A model generated the notes under the pieces. It ran no database searches and was not told the origin of the DNA. It saw only the letters and a list, made by a program, of their open reading frames with translations. A stretch of DNA of 24,000 nucleotides from Promethearchaeum sp. (GTDB lineage: Archaea > Asgardarchaeota > Lokiarchaeia > Sigyniarchaeales > Promethearchaeaceae), in contig JAUWPK010000002.1 of NCBI GenBank assembly GCA_030611625.1, forward strand, positions 1 to 24,000, written 5' to 3'. Positions 1 through 8,221 of this stretch are shown in pieces; positions within the stretch are counted from its first letter, which is position 1, and every line of letters begins with the position of its first letter. The translations under genes and the position numbers were made by a program.

Positions 1-156
1 CATCTCACAAAAAGGAAAACTTCTCTTGGAAGCAGTATCACGTATGTATTTTTTTCGGTAAAAAGGAAATATGCAAATTACACGTTTGAAAGCATCTTTA
101 CTATGGTCTACAGCACTCTTAAATACATTTTTTCCCTTTGATCTATGGTTTTCCAT
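1..156 (-). CDS. Possible 5' part of a hypothetical protein that continues past the left window edge
   Basis: The minus strand has ATG at 156-154 and stays open in frame to position 1 (MENHRSKGKNVFKSAVDHSKDAFKRVICIFPFYRKKYIRDTASKRSFPFCE...). I recognise no motif. It is absent from the ORF track because the visible part is short. Confidence 0.25.
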   Translation of the reverse strand, partial: MENHRSKGKNVFKSAVDHSKDAFKRVICIFPFYRKKYIRDTASKRSFPFCEM

Positions 157-334
157 ACTAAAATTAATTTTAATTCTGGTTTTAAAACCGCATATTATCT
201 GGGTATATGAATAATTATTATTCAAAATCTTAAATTTTTTTTCTTGATTGATTATTCTGCTTGAATATTTCTTATATAAATTCGAAAAATATATTGTTTT
301 ATAGAAAATACGTAATATATTAAAGAAAAAACAA

Positions 335-438
335 TGCTTCGGGTCGGAATTTCATTTAAACACGAAAAGTGCCTAAATTTTGAACCAACGATGCCTGGAT
401 CTTCAGTCCAGTGCCTTCCCGAGCTAGGCCACCGAAGC
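335..438 (-). tRNA. tRNA-Phe (anticodon GAA) with an intron of about 30 nt inside the T-loop
   Basis: The reverse complement folds by eye into a cloverleaf. Acceptor is GCTTCGG/CCGAAGC, D-arm GCCT-AGCTCGGGA-AGGC, anticodon arm CTGGA-CTGAAGA-TCCAG (GAA), variable region GCATC, and T-stem GTTGG/CCGAC. There are 37 nt between the T-stem strands (TTCAAAATTTAGGCACTTTTCGTGTTTAAATGAAATT) where 7 are expected. The discriminator is A (335) and no CCA is encoded. Confidence 0.85.
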
Positions 439-709
439 TTTGTTAAGATTTATCAATTTACGTCAATTTTACAAGATATAAAATGTTTAAGTAGACAGAA
501 ATGATTCAATCTTAAATAACCTAATTTTGCATATTATTAAAAATTTTCTACACTCAATCCAATTTGAATTGAAACTTTTCCCTTCATGCAATTATCTTAA
601 TCGATAATGGATGTTTAAGTTTTCTTCTTAAATTACGAATTCAAATTTTCACTTTTTATGGTAATATTGAAAATAAAATAAAAAAAAAGAAATAACATAT
701 CTCTCTCAT

Positions 710-2290
710 CTATTTTTTCTTAGCTTTATGGGCTTCTTTACTAGCATTTCTTAATGCTCTGGGCAAAGCTTTACTGTATGCAGCCAGTTCAATTTTATTT
801 TTAGATTCAGTAGACTCTTTTAGTTTGTTCAAAATCATTTTCAATTCAGTTTTAGTCCCATCTGAAAGAAATTCCGCTTCATCAACTAAAATTTTTTCTG
901 CGCGTGTTGCATAAAGTTCTGTTATTTTCTTCTGAACCTTTCTTTCTTCTCTCTTACCTTTCTGAACATTTCCAGTTATCGACATGGCCGTTGTGGCCTT
1001 TATTCCCATTTCTACAATCATTAATTGAATATTTCTGTGTCCTCCAAGAACTTCAATCAATCTTGACACATTTTCTAAGCGGTTAATAATAGAATTTGAA
1101 TTAAATTCAGAAATAGAGCCGCGCCCTCCCATTGTTTGAACTACTTCATAAGTACATTTATGATACATTTTACTCAATAAATATTTTCCTTGAGCAGCCA
1201 TAATTGCAACAGATCCTTCATCCATGGGATTTGGCTTCTCTCCCTTTTCAATTTTATTTCCAACTTTAGCATCATAAAAATCTGCAATTTGGAATGCAAA
1301 CGCAGTATTGGCTGCAACTTTTGAATATAAATCATCCAATGTATGGCTTATACCTTGATATTTAAATAAAGGTTTCCCAAATTGATGACGGATTTGCGAG
1401 AAGATGACACCATGCGCCAGAGCAGCCCAACTTCCAGCGATACCTGCACCCATAATTGCAACTCGTTCTGGTGTAAGTCCTCTAAATAATCGCCTATATC
1501 CTTCTCCGGGTGGTGCTAACATACGTTCAGCAGGCACAGTAACGTTATCATAATTAACCTTAGCAATTCCTATACCATAAGCACCGGGAATTCGAAGACG
1601 CTCTGTTTTTAACCCTTCATCACCTCTCTCAAAAAGTGTGAACATCATCGTTCGGCGAGGGTTAGAAACGTCTGTCACTCCATAAGTAGAGAAATAATCT
1701 GCGACTGCACCGTTAGTTGTATAAATCTTAATTCCATTATATGTGATTGAGCCATCGTCTGCAATGCTCGCTTTCATTTTCATGTTAACAGCATCAGATC
1801 CATGCTCAACTTCAGTGATCCCAATTCCTCCAATTTTCGTTCCTCTATAAATTTCTTTCAGAGCTTTTTCTTGAATATCTGTTCTTTCAGGGTTGTGATA
1901 CAAGGAATTTCCCACTAAAATTGCAGAAGCTGTTGCTGCAAAATCCGTTTCGGGACTCATTTGAACCATGCACATATTTAACAACATTTGCCGTTTACAA
2001 GAGCCTTCGACCCCATCATAAGTATTCATTCTTTGGAGCATATAATGCTCCCCAAGCTTTGGAAATAAAGGGTATGCGTCTTCATTGATATAACACTCGT
2101 CTGCTTCTTTTTGAAGCTTCTTGCATACTTCTTGAACTTCGGACATCATATCCTGTTCGTCTTTAGATAATAATGGAAAGAGATTAGCATTAAGAAAGGA
2201 ATAACGATTTCCAAGGCTTAAAGCCTTCTCATAGTTTTTTTCTAGCAAATGTGTATAGTTTGCTTCACTTAATTTCATTTTTTTAAACAC
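710..2290 (-). CDS. Acyl-CoA dehydrogenase family flavoprotein with a Lys/Glu-rich C-terminal tail of about 95 aa
   Basis: 526-aa ORF. ACAD-like segments include GGIGITEVEHGSDAVNMKMKA, IYTTNGAVADYFSTYGVTD, GEGYRRLFRGLTPERVAIMGAGIAGSWAALAHGVIFSQIRHQFGKPL and a terminal helix region LIEVLGGHRNIQLMI. The canonical YEG catalytic-Glu position reads VLG, so the base may lie elsewhere, as in IVD-type enzymes. Confidence 0.85.
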   Translation of the reverse strand: MFKKMKLSEANYTHLLEKNYEKALSLGNRYSFLNANLFPLLSKDEQDMMSEVQEVCKKLQKEADECYINEDAYPLFPKLGEHYMLQRMNTYDGVEGSCKRQMLLNMCMVQMSPETDFAATASAILVGNSLYHNPERTDIQEKALKEIYRGTKIGGIGITEVEHGSDAVNMKMKASIADDGSITYNGIKIYTTNGAVADYFSTYGVTDVSNPRRTMMFTLFERGDEGLKTERLRIPGAYGIGIAKVNYDNVTVPAERMLAPPGEGYRRLFRGLTPERVAIMGAGIAGSWAALAHGVIFSQIRHQFGKPLFKYQGISHTLDDLYSKVAANTAFAFQIADFYDAKVGNKIEKGEKPNPMDEGSVAIMAAQGKYLLSKMYHKCTYEVVQTMGGRGSISEFNSNSIINRLENVSRLIEVLGGHRNIQLMIVEMGIKATTAMSITGNVQKGKREERKVQKKITELYATRAEKILVDEAEFLSDGTKTELKMILNKLKESTESKNKIELAAYSKALPRALRNASKEAHKAKKK

Positions 2291-2403
2291 CTTTTTTTTT
2301 TTAGTTATTACTAAATAGTTCCAATTTTTTCTTTCTCTTTAAGAATTTAAATGATTTGCTAAAAATTCTATGAAAAAAGTAAATAAGTAGATAAAATTGG
2401 AGA

Positions 2404-3165
2404 ATGTTAATTTTTCAAAAAATCGAGAGGATAACATTTTTTCGTTCAAATTTATTTTCAAATTTAATGTTCAGTTATAATAAGAAAAAAAAATATGCTG
2501 TAAATCTATTTTGCCCCATATGCAAGGAAAATATCTCATTTAATATTCCCGAAGATTTCATGCATGCAGAACACAAAAGATATCCCTTTACATACCGCTA
2601 CATACATGGTCACCCTAGCCATAGTATCACACTTTACATTGATAAAAACCATGATATTCGCAGCAAAGAATTTGGGGATTCTCTTTCCTTTTCGAATGAT
2701 CTTATGGATAGAATATTTGAGACAAAAAACATAAAATCTCAAGAAGATACTCAAAAAATCTTGGGAAGCATCATTAATACATTCACAGTGGTTATAGATG
2801 CGAGAGTTCCTGAAAATGAGAGCATTCATTATGATGTAGGAACTAAGTTAGGAAAAAAACTCGAACCTTTATTTAAATCTACTGAATATAATGACATCTT
2901 CTATGAATTAGCAAGTTTTTGGAAAAAAAATGGTTTTGGTCATGTAGACGACTTGGAAATCACCCCAAAAGCCACAACTTTTAATGTTTATGATTGTTTT
3001 GAATGCTCTCACATGCCTAATATGGGTAGAACTGTATGTAAATTAGATGAGGGATTTCTTACTGCTGTTTTAGAAACCAAGTTTAAGAATAAGTTTGAAG
3101 TAAAAGAAATCGAATGTTATGCGTCTGGATATGACCATTGTAAGTTTGAAATCAAGAGAATATGA
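2404..3165 (+). CDS. V4R (4-vinyl reductase / TRAPP Bet3-like fold) domain protein with an N-terminal Cys/His-rich segment
   Basis: The C-terminal roughly 85 aa (FWKKNGFGHVDDLEI...YDCFECSHMPNMGRTVCKLDEGFLTAVLE...EIECYASGYDHCKFEI) matches the V4R Cys pattern ExC...C..GfL.g......E..C.a.G...C.F. The N-terminus has CPIC followed by H-rich YIHGHPSHSITLYID. The start is uncertain. ATG 2404 has GGAG immediately upstream, and ATG 2467 (MFSYNKKKK) is an alternative. Confidence 0.75.
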   Translation: MLIFQKIERITFFRSNLFSNLMFSYNKKKKYAVNLFCPICKENISFNIPEDFMHAEHKRYPFTYRYIHGHPSHSITLYIDKNHDIRSKEFGDSLSFSNDLMDRIFETKNIKSQEDTQKILGSIINTFTVVIDARVPENESIHYDVGTKLGKKLEPLFKSTEYNDIFYELASFWKKNGFGHVDDLEITPKATTFNVYDCFECSHMPNMGRTVCKLDEGFLTAVLETKFKNKFEVKEIECYASGYDHCKFEIKRI

Positions 3166-3169
3166 GAAA

Positions 3170-4045
3170 ATGAAGAAGATGCAAAAAATCATTGATGCTC
3201 ACGTTCACGGCTTTCCAAACAATCTTTTTAACGCTATTTGGAATTATTTCGAGAAAAATTATTGGCCCATCCGACATCGTTTTTTTCTTGATGAAATTGC
3301 ACAATATCTCCCCTCTCAAGGAGTAGAAGCGTTTACAATCCTGAATTATGCTCATAAACCCAATATTTCTGAGGATCTTAATAACTGGTCCCATGCTATG
3401 GGAAAAAAATATCTACAAATAATTCCATTTGGAACCATCCATCCCAAGGATTCATATTTCCGCTCTGAAATTTTGCGTATTCTTTCCCCCGGTCAATTAA
3501 ATTTAACTGGAATCAAACTGCAGCTAATGGTCACAGATTTTGATCCTAATGATAAAGGTTTAGATTTTATGTACGAAAAACTAATTCAATCTGATAAAAT
3601 ACTGGTTTTACATACTGGTACCGGTCCAGTTACAGATATGATTTTAAACAAACAATTAGATTTGAGTACACATGTTGGTATTGCTAAATTGATCCCCGTT
3701 TTAGAGAGGTTTCCAAACCTTAAAATCCAAATTCCCCACCTAGGATGTATGGAAACCAATGAATTTTTTGATTTAGCGACCCAATATAAGCGTGTTTATT
3801 TAGACACATCAATGGCGCTAGAATTCTTATTTGAGAATACTCGATTTTCCAAACAAGTGGATCTTTCCTTGGATCGATTGATAGATTTGCAGGATAAGCT
3901 CTTGTTCGGGTCCGACTTTCCAAATATTCCGCATCCCTATTCAAAACCGGTGCTCGCTATAGAAAATTTACCTTTAGAACAAGAGATTAAGGATAAAATC
4001 TACTATAAAAATGCTCAAATATTCTATAAAATCCCCTCAAGTTGA
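3170..4045 (+). CDS. Metal-dependent TIM-barrel amidohydrolase (amidohydrolase-2-like)
   Basis: Metal-ligand pattern is IIDAHVHGFP (HxH), VLHTGTG, IPHLG and FGSDFP (Asp). I moved the start to ATG 3170 (MKKMQKIID...), 4 nt after the V4R stop. The track's 3119 start overlaps the upstream gene. Confidence 0.8.
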   Translation: MKKMQKIIDAHVHGFPNNLFNAIWNYFEKNYWPIRHRFFLDEIAQYLPSQGVEAFTILNYAHKPNISEDLNNWSHAMGKKYLQIIPFGTIHPKDSYFRSEILRILSPGQLNLTGIKLQLMVTDFDPNDKGLDFMYEKLIQSDKILVLHTGTGPVTDMILNKQLDLSTHVGIAKLIPVLERFPNLKIQIPHLGCMETNEFFDLATQYKRVYLDTSMALEFLFENTRFSKQVDLSLDRLIDLQDKLLFGSDFPNIPHPYSKPVLAIENLPLEQEIKDKIYYKNAQIFYKIPSS

Positions 4046-4066
4046 GAAAGACCTAGACACCGTATT

Positions 4067-4810
4067 TTATTTGAATATTCGCACTAAATAACTACCACCA
4101 TTCTCTTCCTTCATAACAAATTCATATTTTAATCCCGATTCTATCACAATATTTTCGAGTGTATCAGGATCTACGTGAAGTATCTGAAAATAATCGCCCA
4201 TTAAACCTTGATATTCCATCCGTATTCGAATTTCTCCAAGATACCGTCCCTCGTCTTGGTTATTTTTATGATATGCAAGATGAATAGGTTTCGTGGTTGT
4301 GCGAAGATCGGAGCTATCAAAGATAATATTGCCATTTTGGTTTAGTAGAGTTTTACAGTTATTTAAGAATTTCTTTAAACCATTTAGATTTTCAACAAAC
4401 CCGATAGAACGCCCTAAAAGAAGAATTGTATCATATTTACATTTATTCGAATTACAATATTCATAAAAAGACATACATGCAACATTTTTCAGCCCTTTTT
4501 TCTTCATAATATTGCATGCATGCAAGGAGACATCAATAGAAGTCACATTTAATCCCATTTTTTGCAGTTCGAGACTATGAGGTCCGACTCCCGCCCCAAT
4601 ATCTAAGATTTTCCCTTTACATATTTTTAATGCTTCTTTTTCTATCAGTGAAAATTCTGATGGCTCACGAAAATAATACTCCACCGGATGCTCATCTTTC
4701 AAACCATCATCTCTATGCATAATTAATTTTTCCACTTCTTTACCTGTGTAATAATCAGTTAAAGCTAACCCAAAAGGTTCCATCGCTTTAATTAGGGCAT
4801 TTTTTTTCAT
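4067..4810 (-). CDS. Class I SAM-dependent methyltransferase
   Basis: Motif I is ILDIGAGVGPHSLELQKMG, followed by VTSIDVS (acidic post-I residue) and DTILLLGRSIG. Length is 247 aa. Confidence 0.8.
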   Translation of the reverse strand: MKKNALIKAMEPFGLALTDYYTGKEVEKLIMHRDDGLKDEHPVEYYFREPSEFSLIEKEALKICKGKILDIGAGVGPHSLELQKMGLNVTSIDVSLHACNIMKKKGLKNVACMSFYEYCNSNKCKYDTILLLGRSIGFVENLNGLKKFLNNCKTLLNQNGNIIFDSSDLRTTTKPIHLAYHKNNQDEGRYLGEIRIRMEYQGLMGDYFQILHVDPDTLENIVIESGLKYEFVMKEENGGSYLVRIFK

Positions 4811-4961
4811 GTTAATAGTGAATTAGACAGATAATATTAATCTGTTCAATTTTTATAGTAATAAAGAACTACCATCTGAACCATGTGTTTTTAATAATTC
4901 CCCGTAAGTTCCATGTGTCTGATGGAATTTACTTAAGAATTATTTTTCATAATTGTTACTT

Positions 4962-5021
4962 AGGATGAATTTATTGTAAGAGAAGATTATTATTCAACAT
5001 TTACCTATGAAAATTCATCCT
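4962..5021. promoter_or_regulatory. Perfect 11-bp inverted repeat (AGGATGAATTT ... AAATTCATCCT) with 38-nt spacing in the divergent intergenic region upstream of the stomatin gene
   Basis: Read directly. Arm 4962-4972 is the exact reverse complement of 5011-5021. The right arm ends 22 nt before ATG 5044. Its function is not shown. Confidence 0.4.
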
Positions 5022-5043
5022 TTAGTAAAAAGGTGTAAAAATT

Positions 5044-5826
5044 ATGATAATGCAAATTGGTTCAATTGGTATATGGGCGATAGTTATAACTCTTGTAATA
5101 ATCGTCTGTTGTATACTCGCCTCAGGGCTTAAAATTGCCCTCGAATATGAACGACTTGTTATCTTCCGACTCGGTAGATACTCTAGAACTATCGGTCCTG
5201 GCGTTGTTTTTATATTTCCAATTCTAGAGTCTGCTAAAAAGGTAGATCTTAGGATTATTACGCAAGACATCCCCAGACAAGAAGTTATGACAAAAGATAA
5301 CATTCCTGTATTGGCAAATACGGTAGTGTATTTTAAAGTAGAAAATCCTGAAGATGCAGTCATTAAAATTGAAAATTATGTTTATGCCGTACGACAGTAT
5401 ACTCAAGCCGCTCTCCGTGATACTTTTGGCACAATGGAATTAGACGAAGTTCTTGGTGAACGCGATAAAGTGGCTCAAGATATTAGAAAAATCGTAGATG
5501 CCGAAACACAAGATTGGGGGATTGATATCAAAGGAATTAAAATTCAAGAAATGGAACTTCCCTCCGAGATGAAACGTGCTTTTGCTAAGCAAGCAGAGGC
5601 AGAACGTGATAAGCGGGCAGCAATTATAAAAGCTGAAGGTGAATTCATAGCAGCTAAACGGCTAACTGAAGCCGCAGCGTTAATGGCTACAGAACCGATA
5701 GCAATTCAACTCAGAACGTTGCAGACCATTCGAGACATTAGCAAAGACCCATCTGAAAAAGTGGTTATCTTTATGCCGAGTGGGATAGGAAATTTAGATA
5801 ATTTAATTAAAACGATAAAACCTTAA
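5044..5826 (+). CDS. SPFH/Band-7 family protein (stomatin/prohibitin-like)
   Basis: An N-terminal TM helix is followed by LKIALEYERLVIFRLGRY, TKDNIPVLANTVVYFKVENP, the typical AEAERDKRAAIIKAEGE coiled region and LRTLQTI. Confidence 0.9.
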   Translation: MIMQIGSIGIWAIVITLVIIVCCILASGLKIALEYERLVIFRLGRYSRTIGPGVVFIFPILESAKKVDLRIITQDIPRQEVMTKDNIPVLANTVVYFKVENPEDAVIKIENYVYAVRQYTQAALRDTFGTMELDEVLGERDKVAQDIRKIVDAETQDWGIDIKGIKIQEMELPSEMKRAFAKQAEAERDKRAAIIKAEGEFIAAKRLTEAAALMATEPIAIQLRTLQTIRDISKDPSEKVVIFMPSGIGNLDNLIKTIKP

Positions 5827-5842
5827 AGGAAGGGGTAAACCA

Positions 5843-6514
5843 TTGAGTTTGAAACCCGGATTGCGCTATGTGCAAATAGCTTTTAATGGTTCTATAAGGC
5901 AGGTTAAAAAAATTCTGCCTCATATACGGTATGATCCCCGTATTATTATCGAAGCTGGTACTCCTTTCGTAAAGCGTGAAGGACTGGCCGGAGTTCGTCT
6001 AATCAGAAGGATGTGGAGAGGCATGGTGGTTGCAGATTTAAAGATAACGGATGGTGCACGAGAAGAGGTAATATTTGCAGCAAATGCAGGAGCAAGCGCA
6101 GTTACAGTCATGGGATCTTCTCCAATTGAGACATTAGACATATTCTGTGAATCCTGTGCCAAATTTAACATGTATTCACAAGTAGATATGCTCGGTGTAA
6201 AGGATCCTTTAAGAAAAGTCATGCAAATGAAAGTTCCACCGGACTTCATTGTAATTCATAAGGGTCGAGACGAAGAGGCCAATACTCGCAATATAATTCG
6301 GTATAAGGACATTACTAAGGTTCGGTCAAAATTTGAATCAAAAGTAAGTGTTGCTGGAGGTTTAACGCTTGATAATGTTCGCAGTGCATATTTCAATGGA
6401 GCCGATGTTGCAATTTTGAACATTATTAGTCATTCAGATTCAAATGAGGGATTATTGGAGTCGTCGAACTTTAGACAGCTAATTCCAATGATTTTATCAG
6501 AAGTTGGATCTTAA
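5843..6514 (+). CDS. OMP-decarboxylase suprafamily TIM barrel, 3-hexulose-6-phosphate synthase / KGPDC-like
   Basis: TTG start 16 nt after the stomatin stop, preceded by AGGAAGGGG. It aligns by eye with HPS: VQIAFN (vs LQVALD), IIIEAGTPFVKREG (vs IIEVGTPLIK.EG), VVADLKITDGA (DxK), AVTVMG, and VSVAGGL...GADVAIL. Confidence 0.6.
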   Translation: MSLKPGLRYVQIAFNGSIRQVKKILPHIRYDPRIIIEAGTPFVKREGLAGVRLIRRMWRGMVVADLKITDGAREEVIFAANAGASAVTVMGSSPIETLDIFCESCAKFNMYSQVDMLGVKDPLRKVMQMKVPPDFIVIHKGRDEEANTRNIIRYKDITKVRSKFESKVSVAGGLTLDNVRSAYFNGADVAILNIISHSDSNEGLLESSNFRQLIPMILSEVGS

Positions 6515-6644
6515 TTTTTGAATTCTATTATCAATTTCGTGACATTTTTTTATTTTCTTTTTTCATATTTTTATAGTATAATTTTGCTAAATTCTATTCC
6601 ATTCCTTGCATATCAGAATTAAAAAGGTAACTCAAAATAATATC

Positions 6645-7583
6645 TTATTCTGATTTTTCATCTTCTAAGGTTTTTAGATGTGAAGTTTGTGATATTTGAT
6701 AACTACCTAGAATAAAGATAGAGATTAAACCCAAAGCAACACCAAAACTATAATAGAATACATTATTTATTGCTTGCTCAAAAATAAAAATTCCAGTAAT
6801 GATAGAAACAACATTATTGATAGTCTGTTGGATTGGATTACATTTCGAAGCTGGCATTTTTTGAAGCCCAATTTGAAGTGAGTATGCTGCTAAACCGTTA
6901 AAAATAAGTAGAGCAACAAAAAATAAATTTGCCATTATAATATTTGGATCAGTAAATGCTCGTTTAATGATGAGATCTAAATCTTGGATAAAATTATATC
7001 CCGAGAATGCAATCATAGACATATAAGCTTGCATATAATAAGCCCCTAATGCGTAAAATAGACCAATTACTCCAGTAAGAAAGATGGGATATTTTTTAGC
7101 AAGGATTATGCAACCTAAAATTAGGATTAATATTATTCCAGTAATGATAAAAAATTTGATTCTGGTTGATATTTCTGTTATATTACTTTGAGCGTTTGAT
7201 AAATCTGCGAGCCAGATAAAAAATGGCATAGCAATCATAAACCCTATTGATATTTTTGCCCATATATTTAATTTCTCACCAAGTTTCTTTTCGCCAAATA
7301 TAACTAAAACTATCATACCTATGTTCATAACGGGTTGTACAACACTAATTCCAACCCAACTCATTGCGATAATAAATGGGATCACGCCTATTAATCCCAC
7401 AATCAAACCAATAACCCATTTCCTGTCTGTGAACATAGTGCGAAGAGAATATTTCATATTTGAAAATGAGACTTCATGTTTCATATTTGATAAAGCTTCT
7501 TTATGGATAACCGGGACCAGATTAAAGCATATTCCTGCTAAAACAGCAAATAATATGCCAAAGATATATTCAACAGAAGCCAT
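6645..7583 (-). CDS. Polytopic membrane protein, probably DMT/EamA-like transporter
   Basis: 312 aa with about 10 hydrophobic segments. The end of the first half reads VLVIFGEKKLGEKLNIWAKISIGFMIA, which resembles the EamA repeat-end motif. The family call is tentative. Confidence 0.6.
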   Translation of the reverse strand: MASVEYIFGILFAVLAGICFNLVPVIHKEALSNMKHEVSFSNMKYSLRTMFTDRKWVIGLIVGLIGVIPFIIAMSWVGISVVQPVMNIGMIVLVIFGEKKLGEKLNIWAKISIGFMIAMPFFIWLADLSNAQSNITEISTRIKFFIITGIILILILGCIILAKKYPIFLTGVIGLFYALGAYYMQAYMSMIAFSGYNFIQDLDLIIKRAFTDPNIIMANLFFVALLIFNGLAAYSLQIGLQKMPASKCNPIQQTINNVVSIITGIFIFEQAINNVFYYSFGVALGLISIFILGSYQISQTSHLKTLEDEKSE

Positions 7584-7646
7584 TAAAATTTAAAACGAAA
7601 CGAACTTAAAGAATATTTGTGAATAGTTGTGATTAGTTGAGAATAT

Positions 7647-8192
7647 ATGGACACTGAATGGCTAAAAAAGAACGGCTGGGTAATATTTGGAATTGGTTTA
7701 ATACCAATTAATTTAGTTTGCTTAATTGGAGCCATGATTAGCAGAAACCCGTATGAGGCATTATGGATTTCACATTATGCAGGACTACTTGGAGCAATTG
7801 TTCTTATTTACAGATTTAAAAAACCAATATTGAATGGAATCTATTCTTTTCTATTTGTTTTTCAAGTTGGCTCTTCATTTATGCACATAATTAATCCCGT
7901 GCCATATATTAATTATTTAGATACATTCTATTGGTTGAACCACCTTCCGCATCTTGTAGGAATATATCTTCTTATGAAGAAAGATTTTGATGTAAAAGGA
8001 GTCCATTTTGGATTAATATTCATGTTATTTTTAATAAATTTGACTTTTCAAATACTGTTTATCAACTCACAAGAATCTCTTGGAATAAACACAGTATATC
8101 GGGAATATCATATCTTTATTTTAATTTCTGCAGTAATTTGGTATGTTTTTCTGATAATCATTGATATCTATAAGAAGAAGAAAAAAATGTGA
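7647..8192 (+). CDS. Hypothetical integral membrane protein (about 6 TM)
   Basis: 181-aa ORF made of hydrophobic helices with a KKKKK C-terminus. No motif recognised. Confidence 0.55.
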   Translation: MDTEWLKKNGWVIFGIGLIPINLVCLIGAMISRNPYEALWISHYAGLLGAIVLIYRFKKPILNGIYSFLFVFQVGSSFMHIINPVPYINYLDTFYWLNHLPHLVGIYLLMKKDFDVKGVHFGLIFMLFLINLTFQILFINSQESLGINTVYREYHIFILISAVIWYVFLIIIDIYKKKKKM

Positions 8193-8221
8193 AGTCAAAG
8201 AGATTTTTTAAAATTTAATTT

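Noticed and set aside
440-709. Long AT-rich intergenic region between the tRNA and the ACAD gene as a possible ncRNA or small gene
   Set aside because: I found no convincing stem-loops, C/D-box (RUGAUGA...CUGA) pairs or ORFs by eye. It probably holds the tRNA promoter (a TTTTATAT box lies about 40 nt upstream of the tRNA 5' end on the minus strand) and the ACAD terminator. The evidence is too weak to call features.
3119-3169. N-terminal extension of the amidohydrolase ORF (track start MRLDMTIVSLKSREYEK)
   Set aside because: It overlaps the last 47 nt of the V4R gene in another frame. The in-frame ATG at 3170 gives the typical short leader before the DAHVH motif, so the shorter model is preferred.
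5022-5406. Two minus-strand ORFs (113 aa and 60 aa) overlapping the stomatin gene
   Set aside because: They are antisense shadows of a strongly supported SPFH CDS, and I recognise no motifs in them.
5920-6249. 109-aa minus-strand ORF inside the HPS-like gene
   Set aside because: The opposite-strand gene has family-level motifs and this ORF has none, so it is treated as a shadow ORF.
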